A stretch of 60,732 nt of DNA, filler included, from Sphacelaria rigidula (taxonomy: Eukaryota), in NCBI GenBank assembly GCA_964200075.2. It is 7 parts of 7 records of this genome, joined end to end, with 100 filler letters (N's around TTAATTAATTAA, not from the genome) between each part and the next. Parts side by side here need not be neighbours in the genome. Positions count along the whole stretch, not along the records: positions 17,383 to 25,972 come from CAXNAA020010667.1; positions 26,073 to 34,662 come from CAXNAA020010668.1; positions 34,763 to 43,352 come from CAXNAA020010669.1; 4 more parts are not named here. One strand, 5' to 3'. Shown here in pieces: positions 23,401 through 35,868 of this stretch. A model generated the notes under the pieces. The model was not told the origin of the DNA and ran no database searches. It saw only the letters and a program-made list of their open reading frames with translations. How positions within the stretch are numbered: the stretch's first letter is position 1; the number at the start of each line of letters is the position of its first letter. The translations under genes and the position numbers were made by a program.

Positions 23401-25972
23401 CGGGGTTGTCAAGACGCGATATTCAGATAAGAAGTAGTATGTTACTTTGTGATTATTTTAGTTGATAGTGTATTTCCATATCACCCACTGACTCTTGATA
23501 ACACCCCATTCCGCAGAAATCCAGCGTCCCAAACCCTTCACTTGCATGATATCACGAGGAATCGGCTGTTTCTCACATTTTTCTCCAGGTATGGGTCCAG
23601 ATGAGGGATCCTTAGTCAAGAGCTTATTCCGATCCACCGCGACAGTCGAATTTAATCATCCAGTGGTCGAACCACCCCCTCCCATGGTCACCAAGAGAAC
23701 TGACACACGAAATCTCCTCATGTTTTCAGCAGCTCGCGCACCGGCGATCCCTGAGTGGTGAAGGCATTGTTCACTTGCGTAGGCTGGTCGACGAACACGA
23801 GGAAAACGTTTCTACCGTGGCTTTCCAGCATTGTGAACAGCCGGCGAGGGGATGGGGACGGTCGGGGCGGACTGGCCTGCGACTGGTAAGCCCCGTTGCA
23901 CTGCCTCCAACTAATCCGCCGCTCCGTTTACGACTCTGGACCACGATAGCCAGAAACAAGGTGATCGAGGTACGCCTCGTGTTCTTCTGCGAGACCGTGC
24001 ATTGCTGTGCTGTACCTGCACGCTGTCTACCCCAAAAGAACAGGTAGGTCATAGCCCGGACCTGCAACCCCTACGCACGACTCCCCTGTTCCCTTCACGC
24101 CGCGGCAATGACTTAACCGGCCGGTAGTAGCGGGACGGTCAGACCGAAATTCTGGAGGAAAGACATTCATCCATCGACAAGGAGGAGCTGGTAAGTGAAG
24201 AGCTTCACACTATAGCGTGTTATGGAGCACGCGACATGCACAGGTGAAGCGCAGTCAAGGTTGTATAAAGGTACCGACCAGGGCCATCAAGAGAACAATG
24301 ATTCGACGTATGCAGACTACTTGTATTAGAGCGCAATCATCGTCTGAGATTTATTTAGTCGGAATCGGTCACTTTTCCTAGCAGACCATACTGTTATGTC
24401 CTGCACTGTACCTGTCTGTACGTGGAACGCACTGCATCTGATGACACAACAAATGACGGGGTATATCATCCCCTCTGTCGGCATGAGTTATCGATCGCCC
24501 CTTATCTCGAGAACGCGGGTCCTATATTTCTCTGCCAACTTGCACTATCAAACGAGATCGACAAAAATCTTCAAGACCCCATCCTTCCATGACATCGCCA
24601 CAGCAGGCTTTTAGTCACGAGAGACCGAGCAGTTTATCGCATGCGGGTGTTATGGTCCGCCACCCACTACACTAAAATATCTCACAAGGAGGAGCTACAA
24701 ATGGCCTCACCGACGTACACAGCGCGCCCAGATGGAACAGCGACGTGATTTTCCCTCGATCTCAAAAATCTTCCACGCTAGCATCAGGTATCTCTCACGT
24801 ACAGTCCCTAGCCGTTATCCTCCGCTTCGGCTGCGCGGTGGGTGGAGTGTCGTTTTTCACACACTTTGATGTGGAGACTGTTCAGAGTGTTACGCCCGGA
24901 GTTAGTGTCACGTTTCCCACCACCACCCCAAAAATGAGGACGCGACGGAATTAAAGAAGTGTAGAGAGGGTTATATTGTAACGAAAGCGATACACAGCTG
25001 TAGTGTGTACCTGAAAATACCTTCTCATCGCAGTCTATCGCAATTCAACCCAGTACAGCTCACAAACCGGCGATGGATACCCCTCGAAAAGTTGTTACTA
25101 TTCGTACAAGCAAAAACGTCATTTTCCAACATGCCTATCCTTCACGCGACCAAAGATTACTCGCTACTGACGAACATCAAAGAGCCAAAACTTCACAGTA
25201 GATACAACTAACGCCTAGCCGTCGTTCAAGCCGTAGCAGGCTCCGATTTCGTGTCGAAACAGTGCAATACCTGCATAGATGATCTTCACTTCACCCCTAC
25301 TTCTAATTTTGCGACAAGAATGCTGGCCGCCATGAAATATAGGACTGGTAGGTCACGTGTTCCCTACACAAAGCAATTTGATCTGTGTCGATAGCTGCCG
25401 TGTGCGTCGAGATATTGCCATCTCAGTGAGGGGTGTCACAACATGTGAGGTGCGGCATAAAAACCCATCGGGTCATACGAAGGTGGTATCAAAATCGAGC
25501 AGGTAGTTATTGCGCCGCGTGTTCGTAGCGTGGGAAATATCTTTCTCCCCCACCCAAACATACAACAATCAACCTTGCCCGCCAGTATGAAGGACGTTAC
25601 AAACATGTGCTTGCCGTTGTCGCTGGGGCGGCGCATGAAGCGTGCTTCCGGGATCGCCGCGCATGGTATAACGCACACTCACGTTCTGCCGATTCTTTGT
25701 GTCGTCAGCGAGACTGTAAACTGTCGGAAATAAATTGATGCTACCGCGGAAACGGCGCCAGTGTTTGCTTCGAAGCATTGACAGTCACACCGACTGTCCG
25801 GTGTGGTTCAGACGGAAGTTTGGTGGGAAACATATGAAGGGTAAGGGGATGAAGAAAATCATCCGATGATCCTCCCGCGTTCAGCACTTTGAAGAGGTGA
25901 TCCTCGACCTGGAGGATGGGAATCGGGTGTTCCGATTTGACCACCTGCACCCCCCCCCTCCCCCCCCCCTCC

Positions 25973-26072
25973 NNNNNNNNNNNNNNNNNNNNNNNNNNNN
26001 NNNNNNNNNNNNNNNNTTAATTAATTAANNNNNNNNNNNNNNNNNNNNNNNNNNNNNNNNNNNNNNNNNNNN
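25973..26072. other. Artificial contig linker
   Basis: Identical 100-nt spacer. Confidence 0.99.
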
Positions 26073-26285
26073 CGCACTCAATCACCAAGCGCGAAGCGCC
26101 GTGGTGTGTTCGGCGAGTCGCATGAAGGGTGAGCTGCGCCCTGCTAAGATTGTTCGGCCCAAAGCCTACTGATTATCTTGCATTCGGGGGTTAGGGACAG
26201 CCTCCAATGAGTTGCTTTATTGTCTGGTATCGCCACTTCCAGAGACAACAACGGCTTATACACTGCCTCATGGGTGTCTCACCAT
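26073..26285 (-). mobile_element. Family C copy, truncated by contig start
   Basis: Aligns to positions 80-285. Confidence 0.85.
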
Positions 26286-28641
26286 AAGTATTGACTCGCG
26301 GTACTCTCCGAGGTGTGGAATTGTCGTTTCTCGAGGCAAACGCCTCTCTCTCCTGAAACAAATGCCGTTGGAAATCCGACAGGAGCTCGGTAGTATGGAG
26401 TGCTGACCCCGATGTCCGCGCCACACGCAAGGGAGAGGAAGGGGACCTGTTCCCTAGAACCCTTCGGGACTGGCTTTGTCTCCCGGGATACAGACGCGTG
26501 GGTAGTGCACACGGAGCACCTGCCGATGTTGAACGAATGTGGGGAAGGACGAAGGGACGGTTGTGAAACGTTTAGTGATGAAAGTACGGAAGGAGACACG
26601 GTTGTACTGTGAGCAAATGCGTGACGAACTGGTGTTGAAAGCAACGATGTCAAGTAGGTGGAAAAGGAAGGAAGTGGGATAATAGGCTGCTTTCGGTGAT
26701 CGGGTTACTCCTCGATGAGCTTACAGTGGGAAAACCACCGGCTTGTTAGTAACTGTGGTATTCTATACAAGCAAGTACAGCATGTAGGAGTGTGCTGTAT
26801 TGTGTTAACACAAAGAAGGTGAGAGTCCCCTTCTAGCGCCCCGTTCCCCATGTATATTAAATCGTGGGCTGAAAATGGGTGATGTCAACTCCTGCGGGAA
26901 AGTACATCGAACACCTGCATTAAATGGACTGGGAACTGGACCAGTTAATACTTTATATCTTCATCGTAACTGGAGTTAAACTGGGAATGGCTACGAGAGC
27001 GCCAGTTGTCCAGTTCATCTGGAGGTGTTGTGCCGCTTGTCATTACCAAGTATTTTTATGTTAGTTTTATTATGTGGAGTTTATAACAAAGGAACACTTC
27101 ACATAATTAGACTGTACGATTGAAGTGTGCAGTCAACAGCAACACAGGTACCAAAAACTTCGTTGGTATCTAGTTGTTCTGCATTTTTTATAACTATTTA
27201 CGATATTTGCGGGGAAAATATGTCAAGCACCGCAATTTCTTCTGCCTCGGGCGGCGCTCCTGCGCGGCACCCCCCACCAGCCGGGAGCGACGATAAACTG
27301 GGAAACAAATCTATGTACTGGCACCTGGGGCGGCCAAGATCGACCGAACTGAACAGAGCTGATTGTCAACAGCCCGTACAATAACGCTGTTTTTTTCGTA
27401 GGGTTAGGGTGTGTTCGGTAGGGTATGAGAGTCTTCACAAATTTTACAGAACTGACGAGTACCGGGATGAAATTCATACTTCGAGAGCTATAAGTATTTC
27501 ATTTTCACAAGAGGAGCATAGTGGTGGATCAGAGCGTAGCGGGATCTGAGGGTTGTGGATCGGGGCGAATAACAAAAATTTGCAACTTGTACCCAGCCGA
27601 ATTGCAGTCAAGCACGAATCCGATTATGCATAACCGGATTTACATTATTGTTCCGGTCGATGGAGGAAAGAACGAAACAGCTGTCACTTGGCTGTCATGT
27701 AGGGTTGTATATCAACTGTTTTTAGGGGTTGATTTGATTCTTGATTTTTCTCCAAAACGGCTTGATCAAATCATAAGTAGTTGATTGAGTTGATTCAATC
27801 AACTAATCAACAACACGTCAATTAAATCAACGAACTTGATTAGTTGATTTTTTTCGGTGGAATTTTAGCAGCACATAAGCGAAAAATCGGCTGAATTTTG
27901 TCGTGTGACAATATAGAGCACACGAGCACGCATACCCAAGCCCACAGCAGCAGCACAGCAGTCTTGTTTTCAATATTTTAGCTTCATCTGCTGCATCGGT
28001 CCTCAAGCACCCCGTCTTCCTGCACTTCCTCTGTATTTTACTTCGAAGCGCTCTCAAATATGGAACGTGTACGCCTCAAACCTGTCTGGCAAAAAAAACG
28101 AAAGTAGGAGCCAGATTGCACGAAGATGAGTCTCGACGTTTACACTTGAAATGGTCAAATCTACCGTATTTGTGCCGGTACGTTGCAATTTGGTGTGCGG
28201 ATGCTTCATACGGTCGGTATATGTGCTTCAAGGACGTACGGGTGTTATAGGAACAATGATATATGGTTATTGGTTACGTCTACTCCACCATCGGTGACCT
28301 TGGTCCACGTGCATTGCAAGTTCCGCTTGGAATCGCTGCACGACCCAGCCCGGTCGACGGCCGTTTTCTTTCAGTCGACCGGCTTTGCACACATGGAAAT
28401 TCCGGGCTTCACAAGCTACTTTTTTTTTCCAAATATCACACCATGGAAAGTGATCGAAGTTCACGAGGAAAACGAACGAAAAAAATTGAATTCATTTGAA
28501 TTCGAATTATGATATGCCTTACATTAGGCATGAAAAAAAAAAACGAATTCATGGTCGACGAGGGAAAGGGAGTGCTGAACCCTCTCTCGATGAAAACAAA
28601 AAGTCAAGCACCGGAGAATGAAGGTGGAGAGAGCAATGCTA

Positions 28642-28937
28642 CACGGTTGGCCACTGCGGTCTGTAACCTGGCCTTTTTGGGACCTTACCTACATTTGGTA
28701 AGGTCCGCGGATTGGGTAGACAACTGAAGAGCATTCGCACAGCATGGACAGGATCGAAACAAAACATGTCCCAGTCTATAGGGGGGTCACTCCCCTGTAG
28801 ACTGGAACATGCTTTATTTCGAACCTGTCCATGCTGTGCGAAGAATGCTCTTCAGTTGTCCACCTCATCCGCGGACCTCACCGAAGGTGGATAAGGTCCC
28901 AAAATGGCCAGGTTACAGACCCCAGTGGCCACCCGTG
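28642..28937. mobile_element. Fold-back MITE, Tc1/mariner-like, TA TSD
   Basis: TA-cacggttggccactg ... cagtggccacccgtg-TA; arms of about 145 bp pair almost to the centre (ggggggtcactcccc). Confidence 0.85.
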
Positions 28938-29124
28938 TACGGTAGGGGTGCACAAAATGTTTCTGGGTAGGGGTACCGGATGGAGACTACAGTAATGCCG
29001 CGATAACCCCCCGCCCAAAAAAACAAATACAGGCATAAACCGGGCTGGATTGGAGGTGTGTGTGATGCTCTGCGACCAAGTATGTACGATTCATGATACA
29101 TGTCACGGGTCCAATGACACAGCG

Positions 29125-29316
29125 AGGGAAGAACTCAGACAAAATTTCGCGAAAAACGTGCACACCTACCGTAGCACTGCTTGAGAACTCGAACAAATGA
29201 AAAAGGACAAGAAGTCCTATGTTGGCCTTTCTCCTCTGTTACCCCAGCTGGTGCGCCCACATGTACCAGAGGGTATAGACTGGCGTCCAGAATAGATGGG
29301 ATAACAACACACACAG
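29125..29316 (+). mobile_element. tRNA-SINE 3' part (diverged)
   Basis: accccagctggtgcgcccacat...tagactggcgtccagaatagatggga..acaacacacaca matches the reverse of 12790-12990. Confidence 0.75.
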
Positions 29317-29423
29317 TCATTCTGCGACGGGCGACCCCCATATCAGCCCCCAAAACTGCCACGGAAAAAAAACATTGCGGGGCACTCCAGCTTCTTTCAT
29401 ACAGCATGCACACGCGGCCATTC

Positions 29424-29726
29424 GGCTACCCCCAAAATTAATCCAGGTCGGTCAACGTTTCGAGTCTCCAGAGGAATTAAACGCCCCCAGAGGTGTGCGC
29501 GGCCCTCCAGAGGATATGTTTTTGTTTCCTCCAGATGGATTCAACGCCTCCGGAGGCTTGTTTTTGCCTCTGGAGGGCCGCGTATGCCCCAAATTCCTCC
29601 GGCGGGGTGCGCGGCCCTCCAGGTCGGTAGATGTTTGTTTCTTCCAGAGGGAGGGAAAGCCTCCGGAGGCTTATTTTGCCTCTGGAGGGCCACGTATCCC
29701 TCCGGAGGCATTTAGGGGGGTAGTCA
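29424..29726. mobile_element. MITE with many internal CCTC(C/T)(A/G)GAGG palindromes
   Basis: Ends ggctacccccaaaa / tttaggggggtagtc; about 10 copies of cctccggagg or ctccagagg. Confidence 0.6.
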
Positions 29727-32204
29727 AATGGCCGCGTGTGTGAGGTGACTCATGAGCGACGTTGGCGGATTTTACGACTACTGTGGCGATTTTGCAGCTT
29801 CTTTGTGCACACACGAGGTTCTTTTCTTAGTTTCGTGTGACAGGTCCACGTGAAATTTTGTTTGGCGTCGATTTTGTCACGGTGGGCTGTGCAAAACATT
29901 GCGTGAAATATTCTACACAACAGGGCTTTCGACCGCGGGTACGGAGTGTGTACTTCGGACTAGAATAATACAAAATGGGAGCAGCCGCCGGTTTTGGACG
30001 TGAGCTAACCTTGCTTGCGCTCACCACAGACAGTGCCGCGCAAATGCGTCGTCGCGAAATATCCGCCGACCGAACGTCCGTAAAGAGTCTGAACAGCGAA
30101 ATTATATGGAGCTAGATCAATGAACATGAGACGACAACGTTTCTCTGTGACGACGGATCGTGAGCGTCACCCCACCTCAATCCACGAAATACAGCATAGG
30201 AACCGCAGGTACGGTAGGTACCCGGTACCGCTATTTGGGACATCTCATACTCTACCGACACCGGTACAATCGGGAATGTTAAAATGTCATACCTACGATA
30301 CCTACGATACCACGGTATTCCGATATTTCAATACCAACGAGTCGAAGAGTAGACATATCCGTCGATCGATGGTTGCGCCGCAGGCAAAGGAAAAACGTTA
30401 CACGACGCAAACGCCTCTTTTCTTCCTCAAAAAAATCAACTAATCATGATTACATCAAGTTATTTTGACTTCAGTTATTGAAGTTGATGAGATTATTTAA
30501 ATCAAATAATCAGCGAGGCGTTGACGTGATTGTTTATGTAAATCAAATCAACTCTTAAATCAAAATCAATCGTGATTTGATAGTTGATATACAACCGTAT
30601 TGCCATCATAATTGAGATAGAATCTACCACGGTTTTGACGAATCATTGCCGGTTCGGGTAGCCAAATCCACGCTTTCTTAAGCCTGATTGCTCGAAATAG
30701 AGACAAACGTCGACCGCTTGTCAAGCAGGTCTCCACGCAACTTTTGCACCATTCCATGTGCCTGGGCTGCGCGTACCTGACTTACAACGCTGAAAACAAA
30801 GCCTAAGGATTGATTCGTACAGACGAATCAACTCCACTAAAATCAAGTAATTTCCAGACGAATTATCCATTCGCCCGACCGTGGGAAGCTACTATACAGA
30901 CAGTGCAGTGTAGTACAGTACGGACAGTACAGTATCGTTCATCGTTCTCAACGAAGCACCTCCGGCTTCTCCTCGATGTTTGTAATGGGGACACACACAC
31001 AGCACAGTAGGAGAGCACACTCGGCATACAATACAAACACTTGGCTGTAGGCTGAGAAGATGGAAGCCAGAAGAGAGAGATAGAGGGAGAGATAGTAACA
31101 CACAGTAGGACACAGCAACAACAACAGATCCCAGACGCTTCGCCTTGGGTTGCCAAAATACTGTATGTGAAGTGATGAAGGTGAAAGCACCTTATGGAGG
31201 TTGTAATGGTGTTCACCAAGATTGTTCCAGGTTCAGACCTCTGCGTACGATGTTTGTTTACTCAGCTCAACAGCGCGGGCTGACCACAGTTGCTCTCGTG
31301 TTGCTTTCACACAAGGAGACAACAAGCAATTACAGACAAGAATAGCACCGTTTTTGTTTCACACAATTGATTGTATCCGAGCTTCATCTTCAGCTTCAGC
31401 TATAGAACATAAATACAACACAAACCAAAACAGGCCTAAGCTTTAATCAATAAAACACACCAGACAATACAGCAGCCCGACTACTGCTCTCATCTCTGGG
31501 ACTCACTTTCTCGCGGTTTGTAGATACTCCAATGGGGAAACTGGTGAATCGCAGCCAATAACCAAGATGAGAAGAGAGTGAGGCTCGTAGGGACTGCTAT
31601 TTCAAACGTGTTTCGCCGCCCCCTAAATCAACATAAACTGAGGTCATACCATATACTCCAAAAAGCCGGGCTCCTCAATTCATGCCATGGTTGGGTCACT
31701 ACCTTTTTTCGAATTCAAATACATGCTCTCAGTAGAACGTCAACCTCAAGGGGCAGCGAATTCTCCGTATTTGAGAATGAAAATGTCCCATCATTCAATG
31801 TCACCTTTGCCCAAGATCATGGCTACATTCTGCAGTCACATCATATCACATTGTACAGTATGCACCAGAGGGAAGTAACTCTCAGTACACATTACACGAA
31901 CTCTTGGCTGTAACTGAGAAGAGGCGAGGCAGAAAAGACAGGAGAGAAACCAACACAGACAGCGATGAACATAGTAGATGCGAACGCCTAGTGAATTTTG
32001 ACTACAGCCAGGCTCACCTTGCCGATTTTGTGGACTTTCCATCCTTGTTGTCCGGGGCACAAGTTCGCGACGCGACGACCCGATTTGAGTTCGCTCGTAG
32101 CAGGGTTGGTACGACGTCAACCCTTCTTATCCGCTCGTCAAACCCCGTGCGAAGTGAGCTTTGCAAGCACAGACAGTTCAGCAGTGCAAGGTCGCACCTG
32201 TATA

Positions 32205-32457
32205 GACTAATGCCGGGATAGCCCCCCCCCCACAAGAAGTGCACCGACCTTCCGAAAAACCGGCTGTGATCCCACTATTGGGCTCGCTCGCAGAAAGTTC
32301 GCCCACAAACGAGGCTCGTAGCAGTCCGGCATCAGCTATAATCCCCAATAGAGTCGCGTCGTGCAGCATGAAACAGCTCTAACCGCATTTATGATCATCA
32401 CCGCCGTGCACTTTTTTGGTCGGTTCGGGGGGGGGGGGGGCTATCTCGGCAGCAGTC
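32205..32457. mobile_element. MITE family D (TIR related to families A and B)
   Basis: gactaatgccgggatagcccccccccc / ggggggggggctatctcggcagcagtc; no clean TSD. Confidence 0.75.
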
Positions 32458-33474
32458 GTAGTCTCCATTTGTCACCGTGGAAGTCGAGATACGTCCGCCG
32501 CCCGCGGACGTTGCGATCACAAGCGCCCGTACCACCACCGTTTGTCGACAGTCGACACAGGCATGACGGAGAGTAGTTCGAATCAATCAGATCACGTACT
32601 TTAACACCCCCTCCCATCTCAGCCACGGACGGCGTCGGCACGCACAAGCGAAGACAAAGAAGAAAGCAGCAATGAAGCTGAACCTTCTTGAGGGGTTTTG
32701 AAGTGATTCGGAGAGCCGGTTGCCGCGTGTGATGCCTCCATCCTCCAAAAGTGCCTCGTTTGAAGTTGCGACAGTCAAGTCTGAGAAGTTGACTCAAGAC
32801 TAGCGCTGGTCAAAAGGGATCGAGTTGGGCTGTTCTTGAGACCGCTCATAGAAACGAAACACAACGCCATGAGCACCAATGAAGCTGAAACTTTTTGAGG
32901 GCATCTCGATTGATGTTTGAAGAGTGATGGGATGGGTTTTTCACGCAGCGCGGCTTCGAATCCATTCGAGGAAATAAAGTGCGTGGTTCTACCCTTCGTT
33001 GTGAGAGCAGACGGATAGGATAGGAGAGGACAGAACACTTATTTAATTTCGATCCAGTAAAACCCTTTTCGGCCTAGGGCCTCAAAGGAATCTTAGTCAA
33101 CCACGTCTACACACGGCATACCTAGTATATGGGGTACATGACAGCAGCAAGTTGATTGCTACAAGCTGGAAGATAGCAGATTAACAGGGCAGGAAGCAGA
33201 GGACTGCACTTAATTCAGCCATGTGTAGCTCTTGTTGAGTTGATAATAGATCGCTCTGCTTCGCATCACACTTCCAATTTTCCTATCCTTTCTCACATTG
33301 AAATGGAATGGAAAAGGGACAGAAGAGACAGACGCCCTCAATGAAGAAAAGCAGGAACGCCATACAAGCAGAAGAAGGAACAGAAAGAAAGTAAGGGCAT
33401 AGATTGATGATGACAACTATTTCGCGCATCGCACCACGCAAGTTCCAGACATTATCGTTCTAGTCCGAGTGACG

Positions 33475-33773
33475 TCATTCCACGTGCGCAAGGGTGCGCA
33501 GGAAGGTGGAGCTGAGACCGCAGTCGTCGCTCGGCAAGTTCCCGCTAGGTTCTCTCGATCTATCCCTGGCCACTACTTGTAGATCCGTCTTGACGTACAC
33601 GTACAACACGTGCCTCCCGGAATGCCAGTGGGCATCGAACGAGGCAAACGCGCTAGTGCCACCCCCAGTAGTGCAATCGTACTTGAGCCATTTCCACTGC
33701 AAACGGAACTGCGTGACGTAGTGGGTGCCCACCCAGACGAGTTACACAACCGAGATCAAGGAGTACTCTACGC
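33475..33773 (-). pseudogene. Terminal exon of a USP (peptidase C19)-like domain with an in-frame stop
   Basis: Acceptor ttctctttag|, then VEYSLISVV*LVWVGTHYVTQFRLQWKWLKYDC...HVLYVY, resembling the USP His box (YxLxxVVxH..GHY...WxxxDD...YxLxY); TAA at 33742-33744. Confidence 0.5.
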
Positions 33774-34662
33774 CTAAAGAGAGAATCTCGGACGCGTCGC
33801 GGGAAACGCCAACGACTGCGTCGACGGCATGTGCATGTAGTATTGCGCGTGTACATGTCGTGATCTGTTCGCATTATGATGCTTCGTCACTATTGGGGGT
33901 GGTGGGTGAATTCAAAATTGTGTTCGTTTTTAGACTAGCGGGTCTGCTCAAACGTAGTATGGAACTGGTTCTATGGTACAGGCAGGCATACGCCGGCCGG
34001 AAATGAACTATAATGAAGTATATTTCTAGTACATTTATTCACGCAAAAAGTATATCCACTTATATAGCTGGATCCTTATTTCCACTGTGACCTTTTATCA
34101 TGACTGATCCCGCGCTGTTTTTTTCTAATTCGGGAGCCCACATTTTTTAATCAGCTGCCCATTACGGATGTTTTCAAGCAAAGTGGGTTCGGGTTACGAG
34201 CAAAACCAGAGCCAAGTTTTCGAATTTGAGAGCGCCACCTCTACAAACCCGCTCAGGGGGCAGGTGAACAGCACGCACATAGTTCACATGAACACAGCTA
34301 CACGCATAGAAGGTCAGAGGGTTTCGAGGTTACAAACTGAGCCACCGGGGCGACCGGCATACAGCAGAGACAAACACAAGAGGACCGACGGAGTATCGAA
34401 GTCCAGCCAGCACGCGTCAATGTTGAGCACGACGGAAAACACCCACTTTGATTTTTCATCATCCGGTGGTGCCGTGGATGATATTTTGTTTTTCGAGACG
34501 ATGGGCACAAAACATACTGTACGATGTAGACTTTACGGTAAAACGGTAGTACAATGAAGTGCCAGGGTGTTCCAGCAGGCGAGAGTATATTCCGTGGCCC
34601 GTGGCGAAGAATAGATAGTTTTAGCTTTTGTATTATTGGAGAGTGCCTAGACTGAGTTGACC

Positions 34663-34762
34663 NNNNNNNNNNNNNNNNNNNNNNNNNNNNNNNNNNNNNN
34701 NNNNNNTTAATTAATTAANNNNNNNNNNNNNNNNNNNNNNNNNNNNNNNNNNNNNNNNNNNN
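34663..34762. other. Artificial contig linker
   Basis: Identical 100-nt spacer. Confidence 0.99.
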
Positions 34763-35868
34763 GTGGGACAGCCGTCGGAGCCGCACGAGTTGAGCTTCAC
34801 ATTCACCATTCCCGCCCGGGCATGCTTGGAGCAAAACTCCGCCTTCTTGCTTCCCGCCACGCCATACGACGGATGCGTGGAACAGCCCTTGTCGCTGCAC
34901 GTCTTGCTCACCACATTTACCATTCCCGCCATGGCATGTTTGGAACAGAACTCCGCCTTCTTGTTTCCCACCACACCGTACGACGCCCTTGTGGGACAGC
35001 CGTCGGAGCCGCACGTGTTGAACTTCACATTCACCATTCCCGCCCGGGCATGCTTGGAGCAAAACTCCGCCTTCTTGCTTCCCGCCACGCCATACGACGG
35101 CTGCGTGGGACAGCCCTTGTCGTTGCACATCTTGCTCACCACATTTACCATTCCCGCCAAGGCATGTTTGGAACAAAACTCCGCCTTCGTGCTTCCCGCT
35201 ACACCATACGACGGACGGGTGGAGCAGCCCTCACAGCCGCACTTCTTGTTTACTACATTCACCATTCTCGTCCCGGCATGCTTGCAACAAAACTCCGCCT
35301 TCTTGCTTCCCGCCATACCATACGACGGCTGCGTGGGACAGCCCTTGTAGCCGCACATGTTAACCACCACATTCACCATTCCCGCCCGGGCATGCTTCGA
35401 GCAAAACTCCGCTTTCTTGCTTCCCGCCATCCCGTAGGTCGGATACGTGGAGCAGCCCTCATGGCTGCACGTTTTTCCTTTTGACATACTCACCATTCCC
35501 GCTCTGAGATGCTTGGAGCAAAACTCCGTCTTCGTGCTTCCGGCCACACCATACGACGGACGCGTGGAGCAGCCCTTATAGCCGCACCGTTTGCTCACTA
35601 CATTTACCATTCCTGCCCTGGCATGCTTCGAACAGAACTCTGCTTTCTTGCTTCCCGCTACTCCATAAGACGGGTTCTTCGAGCAGCCTCCATCACCACA
35701 CACGCGTTTCGCCACATGCACCATTCCTGCCCTGGTATGCTTGCAACAGAACCCTGCTTTGTAGTCCGGTAAAACTTGAAATGGCGGCTTGGAGCGGCGT
35801 CTTCTGGCAATGTCGGCCGTTAGCTCCTTCGGTGGTGCTCCGTTGAAACCAAACTGCTTAGGCGCCAC
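34763..35868 (-). CDS. EsV-1-7 cysteine-rich repeat protein (partial; 3' end cut by contig edge)
   Basis: Open frame with 8 complete and 2 partial 38-39 aa units, MVNVxxKxCxxxGCxxxPSYGVAGSKKAEFCSKHAxAG (C-x4-C-x16-C-x2-H). The 5' boundary is uncertain: the first ATG is at about 35724. Confidence 0.92.

Larger units (their letters stand above)
27700..30599. mobile_element. Old hAT-like non-autonomous element with nested insertions
   Basis: TIRs tagggttgtatatcaact / agttgatatacaaccgta; TTGAT/ATCAA-rich subterminal arrays at both ends; decayed 8-bp flanks ctgtcatg/ttgccatc (5/8 match). Confidence 0.7.

Noticed and set aside
34715..35484. Overlapping ORFs of 153, 195 and 220 aa
   Set aside because: Shadow frames of the EsV-1-7 repeat array.
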